Below are positions 31,611 through 41,872 of a stretch of 64,000 bases of DNA, in pieces. The translations under genes and the position numbers were made by a program. The stretch's first letter is position 1. The number at the start of each line of letters is the position of its first letter. Location of the stretch: positions 192,098 to 256,097 of the forward strand of contig JABGXB010000002.1 of assembly GCA_018675975.1 (NCBI GenBank), in the 5' to 3' direction. A model generated the notes under the pieces. It did not search any database and was not told where the DNA came from. It saw only the letters and a program-made list of their open reading frames with translations. The stretch comes from Candidatus Woesearchaeota archaeon (GTDB lineage: Archaea > Nanobdellota > Nanobdellia > Woesearchaeales > JABGXB01).

Positions 31611-32174
31611 TTAAATTTTACCAACTAAATCTAAACCTGGCTTTAAAGTTTTATCTCCTGGTTTCCATTGGCACGGTGCAACTTCACCTTTATGTTCTCT
31701 CACATATTGAGCAGCTTGAATTTTTCTTATTAATTCATTAATATCCCGTCCAATACTATTTTCATGCAATTCATATGCTTTTAAAATTCCATCTGGATCA
31801 ATAATAAAACTACCTCTCCAAGATAATCCCTCATCATCAATATATGTACCATAATCACGACAAACTTGTCCAGTTGGATCTGCACCCATAAAGAACCTTA
31901 TTTTTTGAATAGTAGGTGAATTATCAAACCAAGCTTTATGCACAAAAGCAGTATCTGTACTTAGAGAAATAACTTCAGTATTCATTTCTTTTAATTTTTG
32001 ATATGAATCCGCCAATTCACCTAATTCAGTTGGACAAATAAAAGTAAAATCTGCAGGATAAAAAAATAATACAACCCATTTTCCTTTAAAATCAGAAAGA
32101 GAAATATTTTTTATTTCATTATTATAAAATGCTTTAATATTAAAATTTGGTGCTAACTTATTTATTTCTACCAT
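31611..32174 (-). CDS. Peroxiredoxin (AhpC/TSA family, 2-Cys type)
   Basis: Peroxidatic Cys motif FTFICPTE and C-terminal resolving-Cys region (EVAPCQW). Confidence 0.9.
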   Translation of the reverse strand: MVEINKLAPNFNIKAFYNNEIKNISLSDFKGKWVVLFFYPADFTFICPTELGELADSYQKLKEMNTEVISLSTDTAFVHKAWFDNSPTIQKIRFFMGADPTGQVCRDYGTYIDDEGLSWRGSFIIDPDGILKAYELHENSIGRDINELIRKIQAAQYVREHKGEVAPCQWKPGDKTLKPGLDLVGKI

Positions 32175-32216
32175 TGTAAGATTGAAAATTTTAATATTAA
32201 TTATAAATTTTATGTA

Positions 32217-32768
32217 TCAATCAAAGACCCATTTTTTAATAAAATAAAAAAGCAAAAATAAAAATGTAATACTAGTAACATAATACATCACATAAGAATA
32301 ATTTTTTTGTTCAAGTAATACCATACCATAAAATAATGCAAGGGCTAAAAAAATCAATACAAAAATTTTTGCATAATTTGCATATGTACTACTAGTTATT
32401 TTTCTATTATTTAGCAAATAAGATAAAACTAATAATGCAACTCCAAACAAAATTGCAGTTTCAAATATACCACCTAAAAAATTAATTAAAAAAATACTTG
32501 GATTAACTACACCAGACAAAAAACCACTTTGATAATATAAATTATCATCTTTAAATGCAATTGAAGGCAATACAAATACTGTAACTAAAATTATAATTAA
32601 AGTCATTATATGACTTTTTTTAATATTTTTTAAACCAGGATATTTTTCATTAGAAATTAAATACATTATATATAAAATAATAAAAAATCCTAAACCAGTA
32701 AGTAAAATTAAGGCTAAAGTTTTATCTGCATTTAATAATGGATTAATTATATCTTCAAACCGTATCAT
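32217..32768 (-). CDS. Small polytopic membrane protein, paralog 1 of a tandem family of four
   Basis: Four predicted TM segments; shares the [YF]Q[ST]GFL[ST]GV[IV]NP loop motif with neighbours. Confidence 0.55.
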   Translation of the reverse strand: MIRFEDIINPLLNADKTLALILLTGLGFFIILYIMYLISNEKYPGLKNIKKSHIMTLIIILVTVFVLPSIAFKDDNLYYQSGFLSGVVNPSIFLINFLGGIFETAILFGVALLVLSYLLNNRKITSSTYANYAKIFVLIFLALALFYGMVLLEQKNYSYVMYYVTSITFLFLLFYFIKKWVFD

Positions 32769-32770
32769 TA

Positions 32771-33379
32771 TTAATCAAAAAAAATATATTTAAATACATA
32801 ATATATTACAATCAATCCCAATATCGATCCAAATATATTTACAAATTCATTTATATTACCAACTATGTTTGTTGCTCTTAAAAATACTAGAACTACAAAT
32901 GCAACCATAAACCAACCAACTATTTCCCAAGTATTAAAACCCTTTACTTTTGTAGCATTTAAATCAAAATTAGTAGTTCCTTTAATTACAATTAATGAAA
33001 ATAATGCAATAATAACTGCAAGTGAAATTGCAGGAAGACTATTCATAACAACATGAACTGGATTTATTACACCAGTTAAAAAACCTTCAACAAATACACC
33101 CTTTCCATTAGTACTAAAAACAAAATTTGGAACAGTTCCAACTAATGCAATAATAACTGAAATTATAGTAGTAAAACGTCCGTAAGCTTTTTCTTTTTCT
33201 GCTTTATTTGTATCATTATCTTCAATTTTCCACAGTTTCATATTAGAAATTAAAACATAAGGAATTATGTAAAATAGGAAAAACGGAATAAAAAAATGAA
33301 GTAAACCCCATTCTTTTGTAAAATAACAAATCCACTCCTTATATAAAGAGTTTGAATCGCAAACTATATCATTTAACAT
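32771..33379 (-). CDS. Small polytopic membrane protein, paralog 2
   Basis: Same topology; motif FVEGFLTGVINPV; C-terminal ...IFFD. Confidence 0.55.
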   Translation of the reverse strand: MLNDIVCDSNSLYKEWICYFTKEWGLLHFFIPFFLFYIIPYVLISNMKLWKIEDNDTNKAEKEKAYGRFTTIISVIIALVGTVPNFVFSTNGKGVFVEGFLTGVINPVHVVMNSLPAISLAVIIALFSLIVIKGTTNFDLNATKVKGFNTWEIVGWFMVAFVVLVFLRATNIVGNINEFVNIFGSILGLIVIYYVFKYIFFD

Positions 33380-34047
33380 TAAACATTACCTCCAGGTGCG
33401 CCAGCAGGTGGAGTTGTTGCAGTTGGAGGTGTATTAGTTTCACCATCAAAAAACATTAAATAAAACATCCATCCAATAAATGCTAAAAATAAGATTCCAC
33501 CAATAAATTCTTGAGTTAAATATTTTGAACTATCTACAGTCTTTCCAATTACACTTGTATAAAAAATGTAAGTTAATGTTAATGCAATAAATCCAGCATA
33601 CCAAGGACTGTCCATTATAGTTTTAACAACATTATTATTATTACCAGAAGTTGCAGATTGTATTGCAATTAATGCTAAAACTGACATTATTAATACTAAA
33701 CTAACTTGAGGTAAAAATAAATAAACAACAGATACAACATCAGGAAAACCAGCTAAAAAACCAGTTTGAAATTCAACACTAGCTACAGTATTTGCATTAT
33801 TTCCCCAAATTACATGAGGGATAACTAATAATAATGCAAAACATAATGAAACTACTGTTCTAAACTTTTTTGCATTTTTACCACTAAGATCACCTTCAGT
33901 TACTTTTGGAATTTCAATAAAAGTAAGTAATGTATAAAATATAATATAAATTAAAAACAAAGGTATAAATAAATCGAATAAACCGTAATCGCCAATTAAA
34001 TCATTTCTTATAAAATTCTGTAAATTAAAATTTTCAAATCCTGCCAA
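33379..34047 (-). CDS. Small polytopic membrane protein, paralog 3, with Thr/Pro-rich C-terminal tail
   Basis: Same topology; motif EFQTGFLAGF; the GC-rich C-terminal tail TNTPPTATTPPAGAPGGNV is unusual for this genome. Confidence 0.55.
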   Translation of the reverse strand: MAGFENFNLQNFIRNDLIGDYGLFDLFIPLFLIYIIFYTLLTFIEIPKVTEGDLSGKNAKKFRTVVSLCFALLLVIPHVIWGNNANTVASVEFQTGFLAGFPDVVSVVYLFLPQVSLVLIMSVLALIAIQSATSGNNNNVVKTIMDSPWYAGFIALTLTYIFYTSVIGKTVDSSKYLTQEFIGGILFLAFIGWMFYLMFFDGETNTPPTATTPPAGAPGGNV

Positions 34048-34119
34048 ACCTTAAACCTCTTTTTTAATATATATATATTTCAGCAATATTGCTTTATAAA
34101 TGTTACCTTATCATTCAGT

Positions 34120-34692
34120 TTATTCTTTATCCCATGCACCATTCATCCATGCAACGGATGCAACTATTAATACAATTAAAATAATACCTGAAACTAAACC
34201 TGTTTGATATTGATAAAATAATTCATTCCAAATTATTGATAATACTGATGCTTGACCTTCTGCAGTTGAAATTGTAATTGCACCTAAGAATATTAATCCA
34301 ATAATAAAAAAAATTATCCAAATAATATATTTTGCACGATTATCTTTATATTTACCATGTTCATCTAATTCAAAATCAAACCAAGTTGATTCTTTTGAAA
34401 ATATACCGGCAGTCATCATGAATGCAATACCAGCAATTACTAATAATATTGTTTTTGCTAAAACTTCTTCTAAAATTCCAACTAAACTTGCACTTGCAAT
34501 AACAAAAAAACCAATACAAAATGCAACAATTGCATTTAGATTATCTTTTTTTTCACCAAGTACAGAAGTCTTTTCTAAAATTGCAAATGTAATTGCAAAT
34601 ACGATTAAGAACGGAAGAACTACATTGAAAAATCCTAAACCATCTAAAAAACTAATTACTTGACCAAAAGCAGTTGGAGCAACGTCTACCAT
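34120..34692 (-). CDS. Small polytopic membrane protein, divergent paralog 4
   Basis: Similar hydrophobicity pattern; YQYQTGLVSGII motif shifted towards the C-terminus. Confidence 0.5.
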   Translation of the reverse strand: MVDVAPTAFGQVISFLDGLGFFNVVLPFLIVFAITFAILEKTSVLGEKKDNLNAIVAFCIGFFVIASASLVGILEEVLAKTILLVIAGIAFMMTAGIFSKESTWFDFELDEHGKYKDNRAKYIIWIIFFIIGLIFLGAITISTAEGQASVLSIIWNELFYQYQTGLVSGIILIVLIVASVAWMNGAWDKE

Positions 34693-34747
34693 GAATAAAA
34701 ATTAGAAAGTGCATTAATAAACATTTCGAATGTTGTATTAAAAATTA

Positions 34748-35026
34748 TTATCCTAAAGCTCGACTAACTCCAGTAATTTCAACACCTCTAACATCTTCAA
34801 TATTAGAAATGTCTTGTTCAATTGGATCAGTTGATCCATTATCTTCATCAATTAAAAAATTAATTATAATAGCGTGAAGTCCAAATGCAATTGGTTCAAT
34901 TTGAAATTGTTCACCTTTTGCATCATACTTATTTAGAATTTGTTTAATTTGATCTTGAACATTAGTCAAATTAGTTTCAGGTGATTCTGGCATCACCTTC
35001 ATTTTAATTATTACTTTGGCTCCCAT
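34748..35026 (-). CDS. ef1b: Elongation factor 1-beta (aEF-1beta)
   Basis: About 90-aa protein with the characteristic KVMPESPE N-terminus and GLHAI segment. Confidence 0.8.
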   Translation of the reverse strand: MGAKVIIKMKVMPESPETNLTNVQDQIKQILNKYDAKGEQFQIEPIAFGLHAIIINFLIDEDNGSTDPIEQDISNIEDVRGVEITGVSRALG

Positions 35027-35211
35027 TATTCATCATCAATTGGAATTTTAAGGCCACAATTTGGACATTCTTTTATTGTTCCAAAAGATCTTTGCATACC
35101 AGTTCTTGTAATTTTTCCTGTATTACATTTAGGACAAACCATTGTAACTGCGGCATGATCATTAGAAAGTTCAGCTCTATACATATTGCTTTGTTCTACT
35201 TTTTCATTCAT
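35026..35211 (-). CDS. Zn-ribbon protein conserved upstream of ef1b in archaea
   Basis: Two CxxC pairs (CPKCN...CPNCG); stop overlaps the ef1b start. Confidence 0.7.
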   Translation of the reverse strand: MNEKVEQSNMYRAELSNDHAAVTMVCPKCNTGKITRTGMQRSFGTIKECPNCGLKIPIDDE

Positions 35212-35309
35212 ATTTTGAAGAATTTCAGTCTGTTTATAAACATTACTTAAATAAAATAATGAAATTTAGTCACCAAATAGTTTAAAAATAAAGAATTTTA
35301 AGAACAAAT

Positions 35310-36176
35310 ATGAAAGAAAACATTAAAGTTGCAATATATACCTTATTATCTATATTATTTTTTAGTATTACATCTTATTTAATTCCATATAAGTTTTCAA
35401 GTTATATTAATCCATTAATTGACACTAATTTATTGATTAGAATATTTTTAATATTCTTTTTTTCAATTTCAATTATAATATTTATTAAAGTAAATAAAAA
35501 ATATAATAGTATAATTAAATTAAATATTAAAGAAGCAACATTATTAATGCAATTTTATAAAATATTTTGTAATTTAGAATATAAAATAAGAGTTAATGCC
35601 AAAGCATTAATTGATAATTATATAATTAAAATTTTAACATTTAAAGCAAATAATTTAGATGCTTTTTTGTATGATGAAATGGATGGTTTTTATAATTTTT
35701 TATATAAAATAAAACCAAAAAATAATACTGAATTAAAATATATGGATAATGGACTTCAAATAACTAGAGAAATTGAAGAAATGAAAAATAATTATATTTT
35801 TTTAAATAATAATAAAATGAATTCTTTTGAAAAAATATTTTTATATTCAACTGGTATATTGTCAATAATTTTAATTAATTTACTTTTGTCATTAAATTTT
35901 GAAATTATTATATTTAAAGTTATGACATCAACTGTAATATTATATATTATGTGGTATTTGAATAGTTTAGATAATTTGACAATAAATACTAATTTATTTA
36001 AATTTGAAATATATGAAAAAGTTTTAGAACAATTAAGTTTATTGAGATATTATCCTGAACATTATGAAAATGAATATCAAATACCAAAAGAAATTAAAAA
36101 ATATAGACTTGGTACTTTAAATTTAGAAACAAAAGAAATTACAATTAAGCAAATCGAATCTGAAGAAAATGCTTAA
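35310..36176 (+). CDS. Membrane protein of unknown function, operonic with trm1
   Basis: Several hydrophobic segments; 8-nt overlap with the trm1 start. Confidence 0.45.
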   Translation: MKENIKVAIYTLLSILFFSITSYLIPYKFSSYINPLIDTNLLIRIFLIFFFSISIIIFIKVNKKYNSIIKLNIKEATLLMQFYKIFCNLEYKIRVNAKALIDNYIIKILTFKANNLDAFLYDEMDGFYNFLYKIKPKNNTELKYMDNGLQITREIEEMKNNYIFLNNNKMNSFEKIFLYSTGILSIILINLLLSLNFEIIIFKVMTSTVILYIMWYLNSLDNLTINTNLFKFEIYEKVLEQLSLLRYYPEHYENEYQIPKEIKKYRLGTLNLETKEITIKQIESEENA

Positions 36177-37404
36177 AAAAATTACTGAATCTAATACAAA
36201 TATTATAATAGATGAAAATTCTTTTAATACAATTAGTAAAGACTTGAATATATTTTATAATCCCTTAATGGAAATTAATAGAACTATATCTATATTATTT
36301 TTAAGATCTATTGAAAAACATTTTCAATTAAAAAATAAATTAAATATATGCCTTCCTTTATGTGCAAGTGGTGTTCGCGGAATTAGAATTTTAAAAGAAT
36401 GCAACAATATTAATTCAGTTAAATTTAATGATATGAGTAAAAATGCAATTAATATATTAATTGACAATTTAAAATTAAATAATATTGATTATATTCAAAA
36501 TAAAGAATTTGAAAATAATTATATTAATAATGAAAATAAAGTAGAGTACAGAAAAAATAAAAATATTGTTTTTAATATGGAAGCAAATAAATTTTTACAT
36601 AATACTTTTTATTCAGATTATATTGATATTGATCCATTTGGAAGCCCAGTTAAATTTATTGATTCTAGTTTACAAAAATTAAATAAAAATGGGTTTTTAG
36701 CAGTAACTGCAACTGATACTGCATCAATTACAGGATCAAGTAAAACAGCATCAATGCGAAGATATGGAAGTCACATATTTAATTGTGAAAATAAAAAAGA
36801 ATTATCACTTAGAGTTCTTGCAACACATATAATAAAACAAGCTGCAAAATTAGATTTAAAATTAACACCAATCATTTCATATACAGTTAAACATTATGCT
36901 AGAATTTATTTTAAATCAGAACCTGGGAAAAAAAAAGTAGATAAACATTTAGAAAAAATAAACTCTTTTTATTTTTGTAATAAATGTAGAAATTATAGCA
37001 TTGAATTAAATAAATGTAATACTTGTCAAAATGAATTAATGAGTTTTGGACCATTATATTCAGAAAAATTAAGTGATATTAAATTAATCAAAATAATGTT
37101 GAGTGAGTTTGAACTATTAAAAAAAGAAATAAATAATTTAAATTTTCAAAAAGAAATTGAATTTATTTTAAATAATCAAATTGAATATAATAGTGTTAAT
37201 TTGCCATTTGGATATAGCATTAGTAAAATTATAAAATATAAAAATATAAATTTTGAATTAAATAAACCTGATGGAAGAACTCCAAAATTAGATGATATTA
37301 TTAATTTAATAAAAGAAAAAGGATATGATGCTTATTGTGTTGATAAAAAATATTTGTTAATTAAAACTAATATGCCATTTAAAGAATTCTATGAATTATT
37401 TTAA
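36169..37404 (+). CDS. trm1: tRNA (guanine26-N2)-dimethyltransferase Trm1
   Basis: Trm1 N-terminus (FYNPLMEINRTISIL, CASGVRGIRI) and C-terminal Zn-ribbon CNKC...CNTC. Confidence 0.85.
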   Translation: MLKKITESNTNIIIDENSFNTISKDLNIFYNPLMEINRTISILFLRSIEKHFQLKNKLNICLPLCASGVRGIRILKECNNINSVKFNDMSKNAINILIDNLKLNNIDYIQNKEFENNYINNENKVEYRKNKNIVFNMEANKFLHNTFYSDYIDIDPFGSPVKFIDSSLQKLNKNGFLAVTATDTASITGSSKTASMRRYGSHIFNCENKKELSLRVLATHIIKQAAKLDLKLTPIISYTVKHYARIYFKSEPGKKKVDKHLEKINSFYFCNKCRNYSIELNKCNTCQNELMSFGPLYSEKLSDIKLIKIMLSEFELLKKEINNLNFQKEIEFILNNQIEYNSVNLPFGYSISKIIKYKNINFELNKPDGRTPKLDDIINLIKEKGYDAYCVDKKYLLIKTNMPFKEFYELF

Positions 37405-38679
37405 TATTTTAATTGCTTGTTTTATAGAAACTTCTCGTTCTTCTCCAGTTTCCATATTTTTCAATTTAAATTTATTTGAAGATAATTCATTTTCACCAAT
37501 AACAATTACATATTCATATTTTTTAGAATTTGCATAATCCATATTTTTCCCAACATTTCTTCCTGTCAAATCAATTCCCGTATTAATACCAGAATCTCTA
37601 AATTGTTCTGCAATTTCTAATGATTTAATATAATTATTTATAGGAATAATAAATAATTTATTTTCATTAACTATTTGATCATCTAATTTTTCAATTAATA
37701 CCATAATTGGTTCAAGTCCAAATGATCCACCAACAGCTGGAAATTCTCTTTTACCATCTAAATAATTTCCAATCATTTCATCAAATCTTCCACCTCCAGC
37801 CAAACTACTACTAATTGTTTTACTATTATCATAAACTTCAAATACTGGTCCTGTATAATAATTAAATCCACGCGCCAATCCTAAATTAAAAACAAGATTT
37901 TTATCTCCAAAGGCATCTAAAAGTAATTTAAATTCATTTAATTTAATGTTTTCATCATCAGTTAATATTTTAGTTAAAAATCCAAATTTTTCTTTATTGG
38001 TTTTAAAATTTAATTTTTGTATTAATTCATCCACTTTGTTTTTATCAAAACCCTGTTCAACTAATTCTGTTTCAAATTGTTTTTTAGATATTTTTTTAAC
38101 TTTATCAATAATTGAAACAAATTTTGGAATATCTTGATCAGGAATTCCACAATATCTAATTAATGCCTTTAAAAAAATAACATTATTTATTTCTATATTA
38201 ATATCAATTCCTATTTTATCAAATGCTCTAAAAAGAATACTTAATACTTCAATTTCACAATCAATTTTTTTAGATCCAACCATATCAAAGTCGCATTGTA
38301 TAAATTCTCTTGTCCGTCCTAATTTAACAGGACCATCACGATAAACTTTACCAACAGCAAATCTTTTATATGGCATTTTAAGTGTAGTATTCATACCTAT
38401 AAATCTAGAAAATGGCACAGTTAAATCATAACGTAAACATAAATCTCTATCTCCTTGATCTTTTAATTTAAATATTTCATTTAAAATTGGTGCATCATCA
38501 CCATATTTGTAAGTTAAAACATCATATCTTTCAATAATAGGAGTATCTAATTCTTCATAAGAATATAATTTAAATACACTTTCTAGCATATTAATTAATT
38601 GCTTCCGCTTAGCCATTGTAGCTCCGCTAAAATCCGTTGTTCCCTTTGCATTATTTAATTCCATACAAGAAGTAATCAA
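37396..38679 (-). CDS. hisS: Histidyl-tRNA synthetase
   Basis: HisRS motifs (GTTDF, RYDLTVPFSRF, AGGGRFD) and C-terminal anticodon-binding domain. Confidence 0.9.
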   Translation of the reverse strand: MITSCMELNNAKGTTDFSGATMAKRKQLINMLESVFKLYSYEELDTPIIERYDVLTYKYGDDAPILNEIFKLKDQGDRDLCLRYDLTVPFSRFIGMNTTLKMPYKRFAVGKVYRDGPVKLGRTREFIQCDFDMVGSKKIDCEIEVLSILFRAFDKIGIDINIEINNVIFLKALIRYCGIPDQDIPKFVSIIDKVKKISKKQFETELVEQGFDKNKVDELIQKLNFKTNKEKFGFLTKILTDDENIKLNEFKLLLDAFGDKNLVFNLGLARGFNYYTGPVFEVYDNSKTISSSLAGGGRFDEMIGNYLDGKREFPAVGGSFGLEPIMVLIEKLDDQIVNENKLFIIPINNYIKSLEIAEQFRDSGINTGIDLTGRNVGKNMDYANSKKYEYVIVIGENELSSNKFKLKNMETGEEREVSIKQAIKILK

Positions 38680-38757
38680 TTATGCTTTATAAAAATTTAT
38701 ACCAAAATTAAATCATATTATCAAAATGCTTTTAAAAAACAAATTTGCCTAAATATT

Positions 38758-39369
38758 ATGAAAACAATATATCAGGGAGCAGAATCAACAATATATTTAA
38801 CAAATTCTAATACTATTAAAAAAATTCGTAATAAAAAGTCATATAGAATTGAAGAAATTGATTCAAAATTAATTAAATCTAGAACTAAAAGAGAAATTAA
38901 TTTACTTACTAAAGCTAAACAATTAGATATTTCCGTACCAAATATAATTGATTCCAATATTAATGAAGGAATTATTGAAATGGATTATATTGATGGAATT
39001 AAATTAAAAACTTATTTAGAAGAAAATTTAGATGACTATAAAAATATAGCTAAATTAATTGCAAATAATATATCTATTCTACATAATAATAAAATAATCC
39101 ATGGAGATTTAACTACATCCAATATGATATTAAAAGATAATAAATTGTATTTTATTGATTTTGGATTAGGTTTTACTAGCCAAAAATTTGAAGATTTTGC
39201 AGTAGATTTACATTTATTAAAAGAAGCTTTAGAATCTACACATTATAAGATTTCAAATGAATTATTTGAATTCATTATAAATGATTATAAAAAAAATACA
39301 AATAATGCAAAATTAGTTCTAAATAAATTAAAAGAAGTAGAATTAAGGGGCAGAAATAAACATAAATAA
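38758..39369 (+). CDS. bud32: KEOPS complex kinase Bud32 (RIO-type atypical kinase)
   Basis: Nucleotide-binding GAESTIY loop and catalytic HGDLTTSN loop; about 200 aa. Confidence 0.85.
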   Translation: MKTIYQGAESTIYLTNSNTIKKIRNKKSYRIEEIDSKLIKSRTKREINLLTKAKQLDISVPNIIDSNINEGIIEMDYIDGIKLKTYLEENLDDYKNIAKLIANNISILHNNKIIHGDLTTSNMILKDNKLYFIDFGLGFTSQKFEDFAVDLHLLKEALESTHYKISNELFEFIINDYKKNTNNAKLVLNKLKEVELRGRNKHK

Positions 39370-39379
39370 AAAAAAAGAA

Positions 39380-39463
39380 TTACTCCTCTGTTTCTTCAGA
39401 ATTTTTAAAAAAATTGTCTAATGTATTGTGCTTTTCAATTGTGGAAAAATTAACTTCTTTCAT
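39380..39463 (-). CDS. Candidate 27-aa small protein (MKEVNFSTIEKHNTLDNFFKNSEETEE)
   Basis: Hand-found ORF in a 283-bp gap; GAGGT about 7 nt upstream of the ATG and a poly-T tract after the stop. Not in the ORF track (too short). Confidence 0.2.
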   Translation of the reverse strand: MKEVNFSTIEKHNTLDNFFKNSEETEE

Positions 39464-39652
39464 TTTTAGTACCTCATAATAAATTGTGAATTTTAAGATT
39501 ATAAATGAATACTAAACAACCATAACTAAATATAATAAAAACAAATTTGATGTTATTATGTTTAATTAATACTAAAAAAAAATAGAGATACGTACATTAC
39601 AATAATAAATTCGCCACAATTTATTTAAAGACAAGAAAAAAACCAATAAAAT

Positions 39653-40153
39653 ATGGAAGAAATAAATGAATTATATCAAAAAATAAAAGAATCTGATGAA
39701 TATAAAGAATTAGTGCAAAATAATCTATACCTAACAAATATATTTATTATGTTAGATGATAGCAATAATTTAATCGATAGAATACAATTTGGATTTTATA
39801 ATAAAGAAAAAGATAAAATAATAACCTTATCAATTCATGAAAATAAAATAATTAAAAGTCTAGAACAAGAAATTGCAAAAAAATCTGATCAAAAATTAGA
39901 AGAATTAAATATTGAAAATTTAAATATAAATTTGAATGAAATTGAAGAAATGTGTGTAAAAGAAATAAAAAAAATAAATGATAAAATTAAAATTAATAGA
40001 AAAATGTTCTTAATTCAAAATCAAGAAAAACCAATATTTCTAAATACATTTTTGGCTGAAGATGGAAATATATTTTCATTAAAAATTGATATTAGTACAA
40101 AAGAAATGTTAGAATTTAAAAAATTTAATGTAAAAGATTTAATTAATAATTAA
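39653..40153 (+). CDS. Hypothetical protein
   Basis: 166-aa ORF, no recognised motif. Confidence 0.45.
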   Translation: MEEINELYQKIKESDEYKELVQNNLYLTNIFIMLDDSNNLIDRIQFGFYNKEKDKIITLSIHENKIIKSLEQEIAKKSDQKLEELNIENLNINLNEIEEMCVKEIKKINDKIKINRKMFLIQNQEKPIFLNTFLAEDGNIFSLKIDISTKEMLEFKKFNVKDLINN

Positions 40154-40219
40154 GTCAAAAAACAAAAGGAAGCTTTATAAATCTAAAAACTCGAATTACA
40201 TTAGGGAAAAGAGGGTATT

Positions 40220-41863
40220 TTGGTAGTCAGAAATAGTTTTAATAGTGAAACTAGAAGTTTAGATAATAATATTAATGAAAGAGTTAAATTTCACTCTGAA
40301 AATATAAAAAAAGCACAAGAATACAAACAACATGTAATTGATAATTGGAATTCTATAGATCATAAAGTAAAAAATCCAAATGAATGGATAAATTATTACA
40401 ATAGTGTAATTTCTTCAAATCAACAAAAAATAAATAATTTAAAACCACAAAATAAAAAAAAACCGGTTTTTGTATTTACTCTCATAGTAGCAATATTATT
40501 TTTTTCATATTTTATTTTACCACAAAATCAATTAACAGGTTCATTAATTGGAGATGAAATTAATTCCCCACTAGAAAATCAAATTGAATTTGAAATTCTA
40601 AACCCTCAATCATATCCAATTACAGGTAGAACTTGGCAAGTTAATTTTAAAACAAAAGGAACTGCAGATTTATTTATTAAAGCATCAAATGGAACAACTT
40701 GGTCTAAAAACAATGAAACTGAGGATTTATTATTTTTAAAAATTCAATGTGGATCAGAAATATTACCATATGAATGGGTTGATGGTGGAATTTTAATTAA
40801 AAATTATTCTTGTAATCAAACAAGTCATGAAACAGTTAAAGTAATTACAGATGGTAAACATACAATAGAATTTAGGTTTGGTAATTTAATTGCATATGCA
40901 AATAATAATGCAACTAATGCCCCAGTAATACATGCAATTAACTTAACTACTTCATACAATAGTGGAGAAAATGGAACTAATGAAAATATAACAGTAAATA
41001 TTTTTTCAAATGATACTGAAGTGCCAGATAATGAAGTAAAAGATATTATTGACTGGAGATTGTCAGGAGAATCTATAGCAATTTTAAATATGCCATTCGA
41101 AGGAGAAAGTAATGTAACTTTTACTAAAGATTATGGTGATTATCAATCAAATGGAACAGTTAATGGTGCAACTAATCAAACTAATACTGGTTTTGATGGA
41201 CAAGGTGCTTATAGTTTTGATGGAATTGATGATTTTATTAATATAAGTGGATTCACAACAGAAAATGAAGTTGTAAGATCAATTGGCTTTTGGTTTAAGC
41301 CTACAGTCGATTATGATACAACAAAAGGATTTGTATCTTTAGTTAATGGAGATGATTATGAAATTGCAATAAATGCAGGAAAAATGTTTTTTAATTTCTC
41401 AGGCGATACTGTTTATTCAACAATTGATAATTGGACTTCAGGTAATTTTTTTCACATCATGACAACAGTTGATATTAATTTAAAATTATATGTAAATGCA
41501 ACATTAGATAATTCAACAAGTGTTACACCTGCATATATAATTCAAAACGATACAAGTTCAAATGTAGCATTATTTTATAGCAGCGGTGATATTGTTCTTT
41601 CAGGATCCTGCTTTACAAACTCATGTGGAGATCCAGGAGTTTCACCATTTATTATACAAAATGCTACAAGTCATAATACAAGTTTTGTAAATCAAACAGG
41701 AGGATTTTGTATTACTGACAATAATTGTAATGATCAAGACTTATCTTGTGGTTCACCTAATGATGGATCATTTTTAATAAAAGATGAAGTTGGAACAATT
41801 GTATCATATATTGATGCAAATGGAACTTTATGCCTAACGGGAAATTTAGTACAAAATAATTGA
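40220..41863 (+). CDS. Type II membrane-anchored surface protein with LamG/concanavalin-like jelly-roll domain and many N-glycosylation sequons
   Basis: About 80-aa cytoplasmic N-terminus, one TM helix (PVFVFTLIVAILFFSYFIL), then LamG-like motifs (AYSFDGIDDFINISGF, SIGFWFKP, NWTSGNFFHIMTTVD, LKLYVNATLDNS) and dense N-x-S/T sites. Confidence 0.6.
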   Translation: MVVRNSFNSETRSLDNNINERVKFHSENIKKAQEYKQHVIDNWNSIDHKVKNPNEWINYYNSVISSNQQKINNLKPQNKKKPVFVFTLIVAILFFSYFILPQNQLTGSLIGDEINSPLENQIEFEILNPQSYPITGRTWQVNFKTKGTADLFIKASNGTTWSKNNETEDLLFLKIQCGSEILPYEWVDGGILIKNYSCNQTSHETVKVITDGKHTIEFRFGNLIAYANNNATNAPVIHAINLTTSYNSGENGTNENITVNIFSNDTEVPDNEVKDIIDWRLSGESIAILNMPFEGESNVTFTKDYGDYQSNGTVNGATNQTNTGFDGQGAYSFDGIDDFINISGFTTENEVVRSIGFWFKPTVDYDTTKGFVSLVNGDDYEIAINAGKMFFNFSGDTVYSTIDNWTSGNFFHIMTTVDINLKLYVNATLDNSTSVTPAYIIQNDTSSNVALFYSSGDIVLSGSCFTNSCGDPGVSPFIIQNATSHNTSFVNQTGGFCITDNNCNDQDLSCGSPNDGSFLIKDEVGTIVSYIDANGTLCLTGNLVQNN

Positions 41864-41872
41864 GGTTAAAAA

